The notes: generated from the sequence alone by a model not told the origin. A DNA stretch of 64,000 nucleotides from Balanoglossus misakiensis (GCA_040954595.2 CM082584.2:10568552-10632551); one strand, 5' to 3'; positions 41,186 through 55,500 are shown, counted from the stretch's first letter. A program made the numbers and translations.

Positions 41186-41195
41186 GATGACGTGA
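41186..41195. promoter_or_regulatory. UPRE/XBP1-type element upstream of TXNDC12
   Basis: GATGACGTGA ~95 bp upstream of the TXNDC12 ATG; matches TGACGTG(G/A). Confidence 0.4.
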
Positions 41196-42248
41196 CAGGT
41201 GGATTTCAATCAACGCAGTCATGTCCTTTAATGATCCAATAGCCATAAATATGAAAAGATGTTACTAGAAATGGGGTTTGTTAATGTAAATCGAGGTTTA
41301 CTGCAGGTAACTCGAAGGGTTAAAAGTTCAAAGCAGCCAGGGGCAAGCCGTTAACTTTTGAGAGGGGATTGGTACGTAGAACGGAATGGGGCCATTTCTC
41401 CCTAAAGGCTAAAGTTCCAGTACTTGAAAGCGAAATAAATGCCAACCCCTTTTTTCTTGGACATGGTATAATTTATCTTCAATTTTATATTTTTGTAATG
41501 CGTATGTGACGATTATATGATTACCTCGACGACCCGGCCGGGTCACAGGGATGAAACTTAGTCGGAGTCACGCCACCTACGGCAGCTATGGCCTATGGAT
41601 TTCTCAGGAAATTATGGAGCGACGTTCGCTGTGCATTTATTATTTTATACAATCACATGCTCAAAAATTATGCAGCTTTTGTTCCTGTGATCTTTAAAAC
41701 ACGCAAGTCTGAAAATAAATCACTTTCATTTGAAATATGTTTCACATGCATTCGTACGTAGAGGGGAGGACGTCCACCCTCCCTCGAAATCAAATGGTTT
41801 ACTCCTTTATTAACGTCACGTGTTAACTCCACGTGCCCGCCTGTGTTGTTGCGTGAGTTCTCTTTGTTATGCTAATGAGAAATCCGCCAACAAATGAAAG
41901 TGTATCACCGATTAGCATAAACTCATCAAGGTGACCGACCTTTTTATCCTTACAGTAGCGTGTATTTGCAGAGAATACTTGATCGCATCGCACTGAATGA
42001 GATCGCGTTGAGATCAGCAAGTAGGGAAAGTCTGCTAGTGAGTTACCGATCGATCTACAGGGTAAACTTGGTATTTCACTGCAGTTTCTCTCTTGTACTG
42101 CATCGATTATCAACGCGATCACCTGGGAACACCGGAACGATTTTTCACAGAGGATACAAGGAAATAGGTCGGACAAATCGTTAATTGTAATTTGGTTCAA
42201 CAGTCTGAGATTCAAGTATAATTTCTACCACATGCCCTGTTATCATCA

Positions 42249-43803
42249 ATGACCAACGGCAACGGAACCGATTCGCAGGAAAACGCGACACCGAGCCGAC
42301 TGAAACAATGTAGCAACGCGATCGTCACCGTCCTCGAAAGCGGGTTTTACAGGTATGTATCCGCGGGTTACATCACCATTCACGAGTATAAAACAAGTTC
42401 AGACTTCGGGTTGGAACCTTTTCCCCACAGCAAACGCATGATCAAGCCGTAAATAGCCGAAAACATGTGATCGACATGTAAACAATAACATAACGGTGAC
42501 TCCGTGGGAAAGAGTCAAGTAACCATGGCTACAGACGTTCGGCGTATCCTCGTTCCACAAATAGATTGTTTATCTAATTTAAAGCCCCCCCCCCCCCTCA
42601 ATAAACATGTTGTAATTTAATATAAACTGTTATATCAATATTTATTTAGTAATTTATTAAAGCAGTTGATTTATGTATTATTCCAAACTTCCAAAAGACT
42701 GAAAACAAAGTTAGAAAAGTAAACGAAATAAAATAAAATTTGTTTGTTTAAAGTTGTGATATTGACCATAACTACAGTAAAAGAATATTGCTGCACGAAA
42801 ACTTAAGTGCGAATGTGCACAAGATGTTTGAACTTCAGCTGATGTACATATACTTTGGTATAATTATTTGTATACCTATCCTCTATAAATGTGTGATGGA
42901 GATTTCAAGAGTGTTCTACAATATTCTTCTGGTAGGCATGGAAAACTGGTTGGAAAGTATCCCTGGATCACAATCTTGTTATCTGTCCTGGTTGCTGCCG
43001 GATTTGCCATCGGAATGTTCAACTTCACGGAAGAGAACCGACGGGAGAAACTATGGATTCCCATGGGATCAAAGTCTATCGATCACCTGTACTGGGTCCA
43101 AGAAAACTTCGCCAGTGACATCAGATTTTCCCAGTTTTTGATTGAGGGCAATAATGTCTTAACACCAACAGTACTACAGGCGGTATGTTTGCAAGAGTTC
43201 AAAATTGAGATGTGAAGATTTGTAGAGACAATTTCCAATCCCTGGTTCTCGCAGTTGTTGAAATCGAATGTTTTTTGTGGTGGAAAGCCCTTGTTTTCCA
43301 GTGAAATATTTATCAGGTTAATCCATTTAAAATGTGTTCCAGTCTCTGTCAAGGGATTTCTCTAAAAGAAGTGCCCCTGGACATCAAAGTTTGGCAAGCA
43401 TTTCAGAAAGAAAATTAAAGTGAATTTTCTAGGGTTTTGTCTGGTCAGGGTTATAGGTTGTGACCAGGGCCCTGTCAGATGTTTAACTTCTTTGTTACAC
43501 AGAATCCAAAAACCCAAAATTGATTGATAACTAAGTCTCTCTACCAGTATATACAATGACGTGTATAAATGCTCATGAAATGTATATGTGTATTTTTCTA
43601 AAATCTCTCCCAGTGAGATGAGGATAGGAGCTGGGAACAGTAAAAAAAGAGTTGAATTTCTTTGTTCACAGATGTTAGACTTAGACAAGTCCGTGAGATC
43701 CATCAATGCCTCAGGAGCTGTATGGGAAACGGTTTGTTACGAGTAAGTTAATTAATCTGTCATAAAAGAGAAAATACCATGATTTCATACATTTCCAGAC
43801 AGC

Positions 43804-43873
<70 letters not shown>

Positions 43874-46800
43874 ACAACAACATCAAGAACAACAACATCA
43901 TCATCTTCATTATCATCATCATTTATTGCCAGTAACGTACAAAAAAAAGATTCACAGTTGACCAAAATATGATGCTGGCAATTATTATGGAAGCATTCAC
44001 AACAATTAGTACTATCGTCAGAAAGAGTACATCAAGGGAGGTTGTGTATTTAAAAAAGATAAAAATTAATTAATAATTTCAAAGTTAACATGTTGTACAT
44101 TGTACCTAATTGTCCATTTCTTTTTTTTACCAGGATTGGTGGTCTGTGTGTGGTGAGTAGTCTGCTAGAGCTGTGGTCATTTAACGAGACGGTCATCAAC
44201 AATCTTGATACAAGTGACATTCTGGATATGGTCAACACTGACAACCTGACAAGGTAAAACAGAAAACTTGCTGTCTCTAAATTGATCCCCATATCATTAT
44301 GTACATTGGCAAAGTTAAATTGTCATCAGTCAGCTGCTGTATTCTAGCTTTCACTTTTTTGTCGCTTTTTTATATCAGTCTTTAAATATTTAAGCAGCCT
44401 CAACATTATAAATGGGTGCAGTTTTGCAATTCTTTTTGAAGATGCATTATGTGGGGTCAGAAAATCTCAGTCATTCAAAGATCATTCAGATGCCCAACTG
44501 ACTTTGTTGTACTCGTCCTTGAACAATTAAAGGTAGTTGCCGAATTCTGTGGCTGCAGACAATATCATTTGTGAATCGCACAGAAAACCAGACATTGAAC
44601 CATCATGCCTTGAGACTTTGAAGATTTTAAAGCTCTTTGATCACAATACTGTGGTTAACATGTTTAGAAGGGCATGGGTTAATCCGTTTTTAACAGAGAA
44701 ATTGGAATTAGAAAGGTCGCATGCTGAGTGTGCCGTCGGGCAATTTGTAATGAGAGGTCATCAAACTGAATAGCACAAGAAAAATATCCCCTCCCCAATA
44801 TCTTATGTGTACATCAAGACAGATCGAGAGACATGCTCAACTTTTACATCTATGCATTGCAATGCATTCTGGGTCAAAACGTGCACATTTGAAGGATACT
44901 TCCACATCAAATTTCCTTGTACAGTACACTTTGAAAATTTTTTGCCGATAGTGCCATGCTAAATTATCTGCCAATTTGTGCTGTTGTTACAGTTTAACCA
45001 TTTTAATATTTCTGTCATATGACTCGGTGTTTGAAAAACAAAAACAGACATACAAAAGCTATAGGGAGTATTTAAATGGAACATCACATGCACAGGCGAT
45101 GATCTGGGGTCATTGAACTCTAGAAACCTTGACCTCTGTCAAGTAAAAGTTGACCTCTACCAGCCAAGAGCAGCATCGGTCGTTCAACTATTCCGAATAT
45201 CACTGTTGTAGCTCAGACTTATAAAAACAACCTGCAGTTAAAATAAGTTTTAAAAGGAACATTTTGAAAATTAACTGCCATTTCCATAAGTTGGCATTAT
45301 CAACAGTTCTGCTTATTGTGAAAATATAAATGTACGCCTGTACTGTACATGAAAGATTTTGTAATTATGTGATTATATCTTTGGTCTGTTGCAGTCCCGT
45401 GTACTACAGCCCTCTGGACATCGAGAACATGATTGGTGGAATCATTCGAGACTCCAGCGGGGCAATCATCTCAGCACAAGCCACGACCATGAATTTTCTG
45501 TTAGCAGACAACCGACAATACGATCCGTCTGTAGGCGATGAAGTACGTAGTGTGCAGATAGACATCCTCAAGGATTTTATAATTTTTTTTTATTAGGCTT
45601 GTACAAGGTTCCCGTATGAAAATGAAATGTGTCTCGACAATGAAAGATCCCTGAAGAATTATTTGTCTTGTTGGAGCCAAAGATGCATTTGTAACCATGG
45701 CAATCTAGTGCTAAATTATCAAATAATGATAGAAAGCAGATATGAAGTGAGAATAATTCATGATGCAAAATAGACACTCTGGGATTTCATTTTATTCTCT
45801 AATCAATCTAATGGGGTTACATTTTTTTTTAGAAATGTTAAATTGTTTTCCATTAGTAAACATTCTAAATTTGTCATGTTCATCACCATCTACATTAACA
45901 TAAAACACAGAGATGTGAAGAGTTGGTGAAACACTCAGACATGCAGTGAGTTGAGTTATTTCTCATGATGGAAAAATGACAGTTATCAATGCTCCTGGAA
46001 AATTCTGACAAATTAGTTCAGATCTCCATTTTCCCACACTGCAGTGCATTTTTCTTTTTCATTTCAGGGCGTCTCGATCACAGTCACCTCCATTACCGAC
46101 TTCGTTGCCTTTGGCATTGGCGCCACGACCATCCTGCCTGCTCTGCGATCGTTCTGCGTCTACTGCGCCATCGGCATCTTCTTCCTGTTCTTCTTCTGCG
46201 TCACCTTCTTCTCGGCCGTCCTGGCCATCGACCAGCGGCGCATCAAGAGCATGCGCAACGCCTGCTGCTGTTGCTTCACGCACCAGGAGGATCGCCCTCG
46301 GTGGCAGTGTGGGCGGGACGACAAGGGCATGATGGCTTCGTTCTTCAGATACATGTTCGCCAATGGATTGATGAAACTGCCCGTGAAGGTCAGTCAGTTA
46401 TCACACCTTTCACTGCACACAATTTCCATGCTGTTGCACAGAATTGCACAAGATCTTTTCTGTAATTACTATTCACAGACTATGTCTCAACAACACGTAG
46501 ACAGATGGTGCATCTTCTATGGTACTAATGGCTGTACAAATTAAGTCACTAATTTTACACAAATGATTGGACTCAATACAATCAAATCTGATTTTGCACA
46601 CAGATTTTGGTGGTCATTGCAGCTTTGGCTTTAGTTGGTGTGAACATCTGGGGCACCATCAGCCTCAAACAAGAATTTCAGTTTGAGTGGTTCCTGCCTG
46701 AAGACTCGTATGTGGTGGACTACCTAGATGCCCAGGACACAGTAAGTTTCATCTGCGATCTCTGATGGAGTAATTTGACACAAGCTCACTCACATCCTAC

Positions 46801-49800
46801 ATCAAAGCATGTCTGGTGCACCTGTCAAACTCTTACATTGATATATAAGTCGGTGTGCTGCTACGCTTAAAGTAAAATCACCATTGTGTGATTTATATTC
46901 AACTCACCCCCAAATCTTATTTTGGCCAATTTTCCAGTATTTCCCATCGGGAGGTTTTGTCGGCAATGTTTACCTGCGGAATGTGGACTATTACTCGGAG
47001 TATCAGGCCCTGGACGAACTCTATGATCAACTGGACGCCAATCAGTACATCTTTGTGGTGGACAGCTGGTATGAAGATCTCAGGGAGTGGATTAAGAAGG
47101 TGAAAAGCGATGATCCTGCGTTGGGAGCAAGTAAGTGTGGAGTTGCAGTTTCTTTTTGAACAGGTCTACTCTTGCATAATCATAGTACCCTGTTTGCTTT
47201 AACTGAATGGAAAATTTATGTGCATTGTGCTGGGATTCATTTGTGTGCATGTTTTGATTGTCATCACTATTATTCTCTGGTTATATGTCTTTAATATTAT
47301 CTGGAGTGATTACTGTTGCATCCACCATTGAAATGGCATCTTATTATGTAAATGTGACAGCCATAATCTTTAACATCTTTGACTTTTCCATCTTTTTTTT
47401 CAGATAACCTTCCAGGCAATGAAACACAATTTTTCACTTGGACCCTGGAATTTCTACAAGTCACCAATGAAGGCAGGAGACATTCTGATGATGTCAAAAT
47501 ATCCCAGAACAATATTACTGTAAGTAGGCACATTATCCACTAAGAATGTTTCCAAGTCAAGCTGTAAGACTTTTAAAGTGGAAACGTTTTCCTGCATTCA
47601 AAAGCATTATTTGTTTTTCACTTTGTAGTTCTCTCGGATCAATTTTCAATTCCATTCTCTCGTGGACTCATCAGAGGAGATCGACGCCATGACGACCATT
47701 GATAGACTCATCAAGAATATAGGTTTCTCTGAAAGTGATTCTGCGTTTGCGTATGCAGATGCCTATCCAAACTGGGATGCTAAGAAGGTACGATAGTCTT
47801 ATGCCTCTTGTCTTTCCAAAATGGTTTATACAAAATATCATTTGCTTAATCTGGAGGGTTTGGTCCCTTCAAATACTGTAATATGTATGAGCTGCATCAT
47901 TCTCTAACAGTTACTGATTTGTCATTTGTGAATGAAAATCCTTTTTATGTCAATTAATTTTATTACAGGTCATTAAGGAAGAGTTGTATCGCAATCTCGG
48001 TCTTGCAATGGCCGCCGTGTTCATTGTAACGCTCATACTGATAGCCAATCTCTGGACATCCCTCCTCGTCTTCTTGTGCGTCATTTTCACCCTGGTAAGT
48101 TTCAAGGTATTTTTTGCTCAGCCACATGTTGTGTTCGTTTCACATCAGACAGATTTAATCTCTGAATTTGTGAGACATGATTATTGATCCAGTAGAATTA
48201 ACCAATTTTGATTCACACAGATCGACGTAACAGGAATGATGCATTTCTGGGGACTGACGATCGACACCGTCACCACCATCAACCTCATCCTGGCGGTGGG
48301 ATTAGCCGTTGACTATTCAGCACACATCGGCCACACCTTCATGACAGTACGGGGAACCAGAGACCGTGAGTCGATCAGCTTTTTATAAAAATAAACATTG
48401 ACACCCAAAGGGTGAAGATCGACACTATGATTGAGACTGCTTCAGATATGACAGTGTTGTCTCAGTATTCTATGATTTCAATGCTTGAAAGAAATGTAAA
48501 ACATCATGTCAAATAGCTAGTGCAACGATTTTGTTGCATCCATCTTGGCACATTGGTTGCCATCACAACCAATCAGAGTAGAACTCTGTGGCAGTGACAC
48601 CAAACTATCTGCTTCCTTTTACACATCTTGAAATCATAAAAAAAATCTTACAATGGAATTATTTCTTTGTTGAACTTTGCAGGTCGCGCCAAGTACACCC
48701 TTGGCGACATGGGGCCGGCCGTTTTCAACGGCGGTTTCAGTACTTTCCTGGCCTTTGTTCTACTCATTTTCTCCAACTCGTACATCTTCAAAGTTTTCTT
48801 CAAGGTGAGATTTAAATTTGCTAACACGCCTTGGTCATCAGAGAGACAATTATCAACCAAAAATCCCACGAGCAACCGTTGCCTAGCAGTGTGAATCCAT
48901 TGGTAATATCACCTTGAACATGTTGATACACGATGGCCTACAGGGGATTGTGCAGTGGTGGAAAATAACACAAGAGAACAGCTTGTTAATATGCCAGAAA
49001 GTAGAAACCTTGATTTGGTCACTGCAAGAGTTTCAAGCTCATGCGCACTATCTGGAGCAATTTTACTAATAGCCCATTTAGATGATGAGGTACCCACCCC
49101 CTTCTGGGTAAGAGAGAAGCAATGAGAAGTAAGATGAATTGTTCAAGGGTATAACATCAGGGCCAATTCCCTGTTTCTTGACCTTGCCAATCTTCCAATG
49201 GCGAGATTGATAATGTACATCTGCTATACGCTATTTGGAAATAAAACACACAGCCCCAGATATGAAAAGTTAAAAAAGAAACAAGTCTATTTGCTATTCT
49301 TTTCTCAGTTTACTTGAATTTTATAGTGACATAAAACAATATGTAGAAGAAACAATTCCACTGAATCGCTTTTAAAAAATTAACATTGATATTATTCATC
49401 AATTTTCTCTCAAAACAGATCTTTTTCTTGGTGGTGGTGTTTGGGCTATTTCATGGTCTGGTATTTCTGCCAGTCATGTTGAGTTGGATCGGACCATCCC
49501 CCTACCTCTCAGCAGAAAACCGAGCCACCGAGGGAGACGATGACGACGACGACAAGATCACCCTGGATACCAAGGAGGAGAAGGTTGCCAAGGCGATGGA
49601 AGGGATCACCAACCCCGTCTTCATACCCAGGGTGAAGCAGCCGATGGTGGATGGGGAGGATGTGGAAGCGATGAGGAGTAATGGAACGCAGGTACTGTGT
49701 GATGATGAGAAAGTAATGGACGGGGAGGAGATAATGTCCGAGCGGAATGATTCCGCGAAAGTGATAATGGTTGGGGAGACGGCTGAAAGTAATCATGTGT

Positions 49801-50180
49801 TAGCGAAGGAAGGTGGTAATGATGTGGCAGACAAATTGCAGGGTGGTGACAAGGTTGAGGAAACATCAAGCGATGTTGGGGGCCCTGTTGGGGAGAAAAC
49901 GGGTCTTGGTGATGAAAATGATGCAGAAAAAACAAGTAGTGTAATTGATGATAACTCAGAGACAAAAATGCAGGAAAATGATGTAGAGGGTAAAAATTCT
50001 AGTGATCAGCTATCTCGAGATGACACAAACTACACTAATGAAGTTTCGGAGGGTAAAACGCAGAGGGGTGATGATGAAGAGACAAGGGACAGTCATAACA
50101 AAGTAGAAGAAAATTCACAGGTGAACGTTTTAGAAGTTGAGGAAAATTTGAATGAAAATGATGACGAAATCTTCTTGTAG
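42249..50180 (+). CDS. Patched domain-containing (PTCHD3/PTR/NPC1-like, RND-fold) membrane protein; 923 aa as assembled, apparently lacking TM2-TM4
   Basis: Exons 42249-42352, 42936-43182, 43672-43742, 44134-44253, 45395-45542, 46068-46388, 46604-46741, 46938-47130, 47404-47519, 47629-47787, 47969-48094, 48221-48365, 48683-48804, 49419-50180; all GT-AG and phase-compatible. Motifs KLWIP, GVSITVTSITDFVAFGIG, LPALRSFC, FLPEDSY, AVGLAVDYSAHI, GPAVFNGGFSTFL, FGLFHGLVFLPVMLS. Confidence 0.9.
43806..43920. repeat. (CAT)n/(CAA)n microsatellite in an intron
   Basis: Long pure CAT run followed by CAA/CAT units; this produces the spurious poly-His and poly-Asp ORFs. Confidence 0.95.
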
Positions 50181-52249
50181 AACAAGATGTCGTGATCAGT
50201 TATTGTATAAAAATACATTCCACAAACAACAGATTAGGTTAAAATGTAGCAAAACTACCATCATCAATTAAATAAAACATTAACTTTGATTCCCATCATG
50301 CATGTCAACTAAGGCAGTATAGACAATAATCAGTTATATATTTACATGTACACAAAAATATTTACATTTATATGTATTTTGGTGTAAACAATTTGTTAGA
50401 AGAGATATATTCGAAAAATAGCAGTGGATACTTCGTAGGGGTGTAAACTACTAGGACGCTGTATTATCTGCTGGTACCAAGAATTAGCAAATACATAGAG
50501 TGTACACATTTTGAACTATTGGTACACTAATATTAATACATGTGATGGTAAATGTCATCTTTTATCAAATTCCTCATTATAGACTCTAATATATTCAAAA
50601 GTGTAAGTTTCAGATTTGGTTTTAAAACAAAATTCATGTCAACAAATGTTCAGCAAACTATTTTTGTAAAATAACACTAGCAGAAAAGCTGGAATATTTT
50701 TGTTTTTTACTAAAATTTAACATGTTTACAAATCTAATGTGTTTTAAGCAACAGAAGTCCTTACTCAACTCAATTAAAATTATTTATTATGAAAGATGTG
50801 ACATAGCTCCCTCATTCTGTAGTTTTCCCTTTTATAATGAGGCTTCATCATATCTATTAATAGACTCTGTGAATCACGTTTATGCAATTTGTGTCTCAAT
50901 TATTTTCTGGGAGCGTGTATGCTTCCTGTCAGTGAAAATAGGATTCCCATGGCCGTGGGTGGGCTAATCAGCTCAGTAGGGCTTCACAATTATCAGGGTA
51001 AAATGAAAAACAGTCTGTAAACAGTTCCCAGAGTGTCATAAAGGTGGCCTGTCGCCAAAGACAGATCAGGCCTGCAGTAGGTCATGTGACCAGTCAGTGC
51101 CTTTAGGCTATCAATCATGTGACATGGTTTGAACCAATCAGTGCCTTTTAAGACCATCAACCATCCAATGGTATTACAGGTCCTTTTCAGACAGGATGTA
51201 GACAGATAATTCTTGCATATAGGCCAGGAAAAGATCCTTAGACAATGAAGTAAATAGTTAAACGTATTTTTGATATGTTCCTTCAAAAGTGCTGGCTGAA
51301 GAATCTTGCCCAAGCTTTTTAACAAAGACGGTTTACTGACCGTAATGCTGTTTTATATTCTTAATACCATACTCTAAATTACTTCATTTTGTACACTAAA
51401 ATCATCTTTTGAGAGATGTTGTGCTGTTTTCTTTGCTGAGATTTGTTGAACACTTTAACAATACTTTTAATACTCCCAACTTTGCTCACAACCCTAGTGG
51501 CTGCATCTGATAACATCACGTTTGCACTTTTTCTGTGTTGTGTGAGCCATTGCTTTCTTAGCTTTGGAGTATACCTGTGGCTGTATTTATAATTTGTCTT
51601 GTTCATATTAAAGGGACAATAACTGTAACTTCAATAATGCATGTTTAAACGCCATGTATTCAGCTTGCCAAAAAAATGTATGTATGTGTAGTGCAATACT
51701 ATTGGCGACATTCAATTTTTAGTCCGGTTATGTGACACTGACAGGTTTGAGATGACATAACTTATACATTTTGATTGTATGTGTTGTTAGAATGATAGAA
51801 AGCTTAGAATTTACGCCCACCTTAGGTGTACTTTTTTCAATGCAATGTTTCATCTCACCGCATAATTTCTGTTTGCATGTGTGGCATTTGTTGCAAGTAT
51901 TTGCTGTAATTTGCACAATGAATAAAATAACCTAGATTTGAATCCAAATATTCATCTGGCTCTTTTTATCATGCTGTGTGCTTGCTTGGCTAATGCTTGC
52001 TTCTGTCTGACACACACTATTCTTCCTAAAGAGATGAATGATTGTGGCGGCATGGTCTTGTCTGTTATGCTGCATAACCATCAGGCAGAAAGCTGCCACT
52101 GAAGAGTCAATATTCATTTGAGTTCCCCCCAATGGTTGTGCCGTGACCCAGCCCCTCTGCTGTATACAAAGCAACCCAAGCCGAGGGTCTGGGTCCACAA
52201 GACTTATGCCAGAAACTCAAGTTGAACGCCATGTCTTCTTGATTTTCAG

Positions 52250-52516
52250 ACCCAACATCAAGGCAAGAAAAACGGAGACCCGATGTCCAACGGAAGACCA
52301 AACAGCCAGACAACAAAACCCACGGATGTCAAACCAACCATACCACAGAATGACAAAATTCCACCTTACGGAAGACCCGAAATCCCTCCACCAGACTATG
52401 ACCTGCCCAAGTCAAGTCAAAGATCGGTGAGGTCATCCAGTCCGGGGTCACCAATTACCAAGACATTCAGTAGTCATGAGGTCAACACAGAGAATGTCCC
52501 CAATGTCAATGTCTGA
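52250..52516 (+). CDS. Alternative terminal exon of the Patched-domain gene (PPxY-containing tail)
   Basis: Acceptor CTTCTTGATTTTCAG| in phase 0, reading TQHQGKKNGDPMSNGRP...IPPYGRPEIPPPDYDLPK...PNVNV*. Matching phase-0 internal donor CAG|GTACTG at 49691/49692. AATAAA at 53158. Confidence 0.65.
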   Translation, partial: TQHQGKKNGDPMSNGRPNSQTTKPTDVKPTIPQNDKIPPYGRPEIPPPDYDLPKSSQRSVRSSSPGSPITKTFSSHEVNTENVPNVNV

Positions 52517-55500
52517 GTTTTGTTCCATTTCATATACAAACATATAGACAACTGGATGCTGAATTTGAAAAATGCAAGTCTTGTTTGTTTTGTAATTCTG
52601 TGAGAATTTATTTGCTTGCCGTTCCCATTTCTTGTCAATGAGAGAAGTAATATGATTGAAAACAATGCCACAGCTCATTATAATAAAGATGCATTCAAGA
52701 CCTGTAAACCAGTTCGTGATATTGAAGTTTATTTTCTATCAGTGTTTTTGTTTTAAAACAACATGTAGAGATATTGTGGAAATTTTTATGTGTTTCAATC
52801 TCTAAAAGAGCATGCACAGACCAAGTTTGAAGTGATGGACGTGAAATGATTTTTCTTATAATATTACTAAGAATTTTAATGCAGCACTGATTACATTCTC
52901 ATTGTTATAGCAAAATTCAGTACGTATTTGTAAATATGTGAAACAGTAATATCTAAATTTGTGTGTATATATATGAAACTTTTCAAGAGAAAACTGTTTG
53001 TTTTCGATATTTTAACAGGGTAAATTAACGAGTTGCTGAATTCGAACGTTTTCTCTGTCCATGTGCACTGTACTGATGCAATATGAGGCCCTCTACGGTG
53101 GTCTGTATTTTCTCCGCCATCTCAAATGTACATGATGTTGATATGCTATTGTTTTTAAATAAAAAAAAAAGATAAAAATGTTATGACTTAAAGCCTGATA
53201 TGTATTTTTGTGTTTTTCTTCTTTCTTCTAGTATTTTTTTCGATTGAAAATGCCACGTGCCACATCATATACACATCAGTGTGCATTCCGATTATATAAT
53301 GCATGTATATTAAAATAGTATGCAGATTTTATCTTAATGCGACAGATGTCGCCAACGACATACCTCTTTTAATATGACACAGAATTCATGCACTAAGAAA
53401 TGTTAAACGATGGATGTGAATGTACTTAACAGATAAACTATCAGTGTTTTGACGCGAATGATGAAAATTCTGCGAATTTAATTTTCAAAGACGTATAATA
53501 TGAACATTTTGGGAAGTGAAAGCTATGTTCCGATTTTATACAACCGCGTTGTATGTACGTCCGCGTCATTAACACCGGGTACGTACCGGTAAAACCCATC
53601 AATCGAATAAAATGGGAAGTAAATTGTTTTTATTTTATTAGAAAACATTTCGCGACCACGATTGCCATCCGGGTTTAATGACAATGATTTATCGCCGGCA
53701 AAATTTTGATTGGTAGCGCCGATACAAATAAGACGAAAATCCACCAAAGACTCAGGACATTTCGGGAAGCAAACGAACACGAATTTGTGACACGTCACAT
53801 CAAGATTGATATTTTTGTCGTCGCTTGAATGAAAAGCTTCTGACAGTCGTGACGTGGAAACAAACTTGATGTGGGTGACTTGAGTTTGCTCGCGTTTCTT
53901 TTATTTGTACGACAGTGTTTTAAAGTTACAGAAACCTGTCACGGTGTGCGTACCCGCAACGAAATGCACGCCATGATTTATATGTTTGCTGTAAGAAAAC
54001 TTCAAAGAGTACGTGTATACACATGACCGTCCAGTACGACACACATCACCTTGGGCAAAAGCTGCGATTCGGACAAGGCTGAAGCATAGTAACGGCAAAT
54101 GTATTATCCTCTTACAAAAAAAAAAAACTGATGAAAAGTTTACGAGAACAATAATAGTAAAGACAAGCATTATGTGTATAAGGGGCTTTTTCTGCCAATA
54201 CATGTACTGGGCTCTTCAGTTACGTCACTAGTGAAGTAGGCCCTACTTATTGAATCACGGTAGACCCTGGACTGACACTTTCCAGTCAGCGTAATCCCAA
54301 TGCTTTCAACTTTTCTGCATAACAAAACTCGGCATTCCTTGGGTCATTAACACTGTTATTACAACGTCACCCTCCTTTCCAAAGGCTGCATTATTATGAA
54401 CAAACAAAGTCTCCGAATTCCCTAATCCCATCTTTTCAAATGACGCGTCTCATTCACGTTTCTGAAACAAAGGAGGAATGCGGCGGCTTTTTTTTCTGGG
54501 GTAGTTCCTCATATACGAAGAGAAGAATCGCATGATTGGTTTCCACATCACAAAAAAAATATCTGCAAATTAACTTGGACAACGGACCCAGAAAAGACGC
54601 AGACTTGGTCGCATATTTCCACGAATACAACTTGTTGACACTAAGCTAACTTTCCCTCCTGATCAGGCCTGCCTCCTCATCAGCGCCGGATGCAAGTTAC
54701 GTAACACCGAAAAAAACTTTCGATGACATTGATACCAGTTGTGTGACCGCGGTTTAGATATCGCGGGGAAATTCATCCCATGCGGCGTTCTTGAAATTCA
54801 TGCAGGAACATGCCGTAAAAATTCTCACTGTGTTAGAAATTTCGTTTGGTAATATACCCGAGATGACAAAAATTACCCGAATAGGCCTACATTTCGAAAA
54901 GGGGTTTTGAAGAACGCGCCTCGTGGTCCCAAGGCCACGCCCTCAATTAAAGTTTCCAATTTTCAAGAAGTAGACGGTGTAACTGGTGGGAAATGACCTT
55001 ACATGAAAAATCGGCGATTCTATTATGAATGCTGGTGTCACGCGAAACTTTGCCACCGCGGTTGCACATCGAGGGGGTCTCTACGTTAAATTTTGTTTGA
55101 CGTCCATGCGCGTTTACCAGTTTCAGGAATGCCCGGATGTTGTGCCATATAAGTGACAGCGTGCAGTAGCAGGCCATTCGGGAATACTAGTTTGCTGTTA
55201 GTAGGTGACCTATATTTGAAAGACAATGTATAGAAAAGTATGCCAATGTATTTCAGTGATTACTAGTGTTAATAGTGATAACAAATGTTACGTATAAAGA
55301 AGTATCTGAAAAGGGGGGACGTTATTATGATCGCTGACATTTGTGCATGTATTACCATCCATACATGTATTGTTTGACAGCTATAACTCAAATTGGGCCA
55401 TACCATTTTCACCATTGGTTTCAGGGAGATCGGGTGGATTTATTTAAGTTTTTTCTCGCTGGTATGTAGCTTTACCGACGTGTTCCACAGTAAGCGTTCA

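Noticed and set aside
43711-43965. Poly-His and poly-Asp ORFs
   Set aside because: Translations of an intronic (CAT)n microsatellite.
46059-46363. Overlapping alternative-frame and antisense ORFs on the 46068-46388 exon (likewise 49509-49965)
   Set aside because: Shadows of GC-rich or purine-biased real coding exons.
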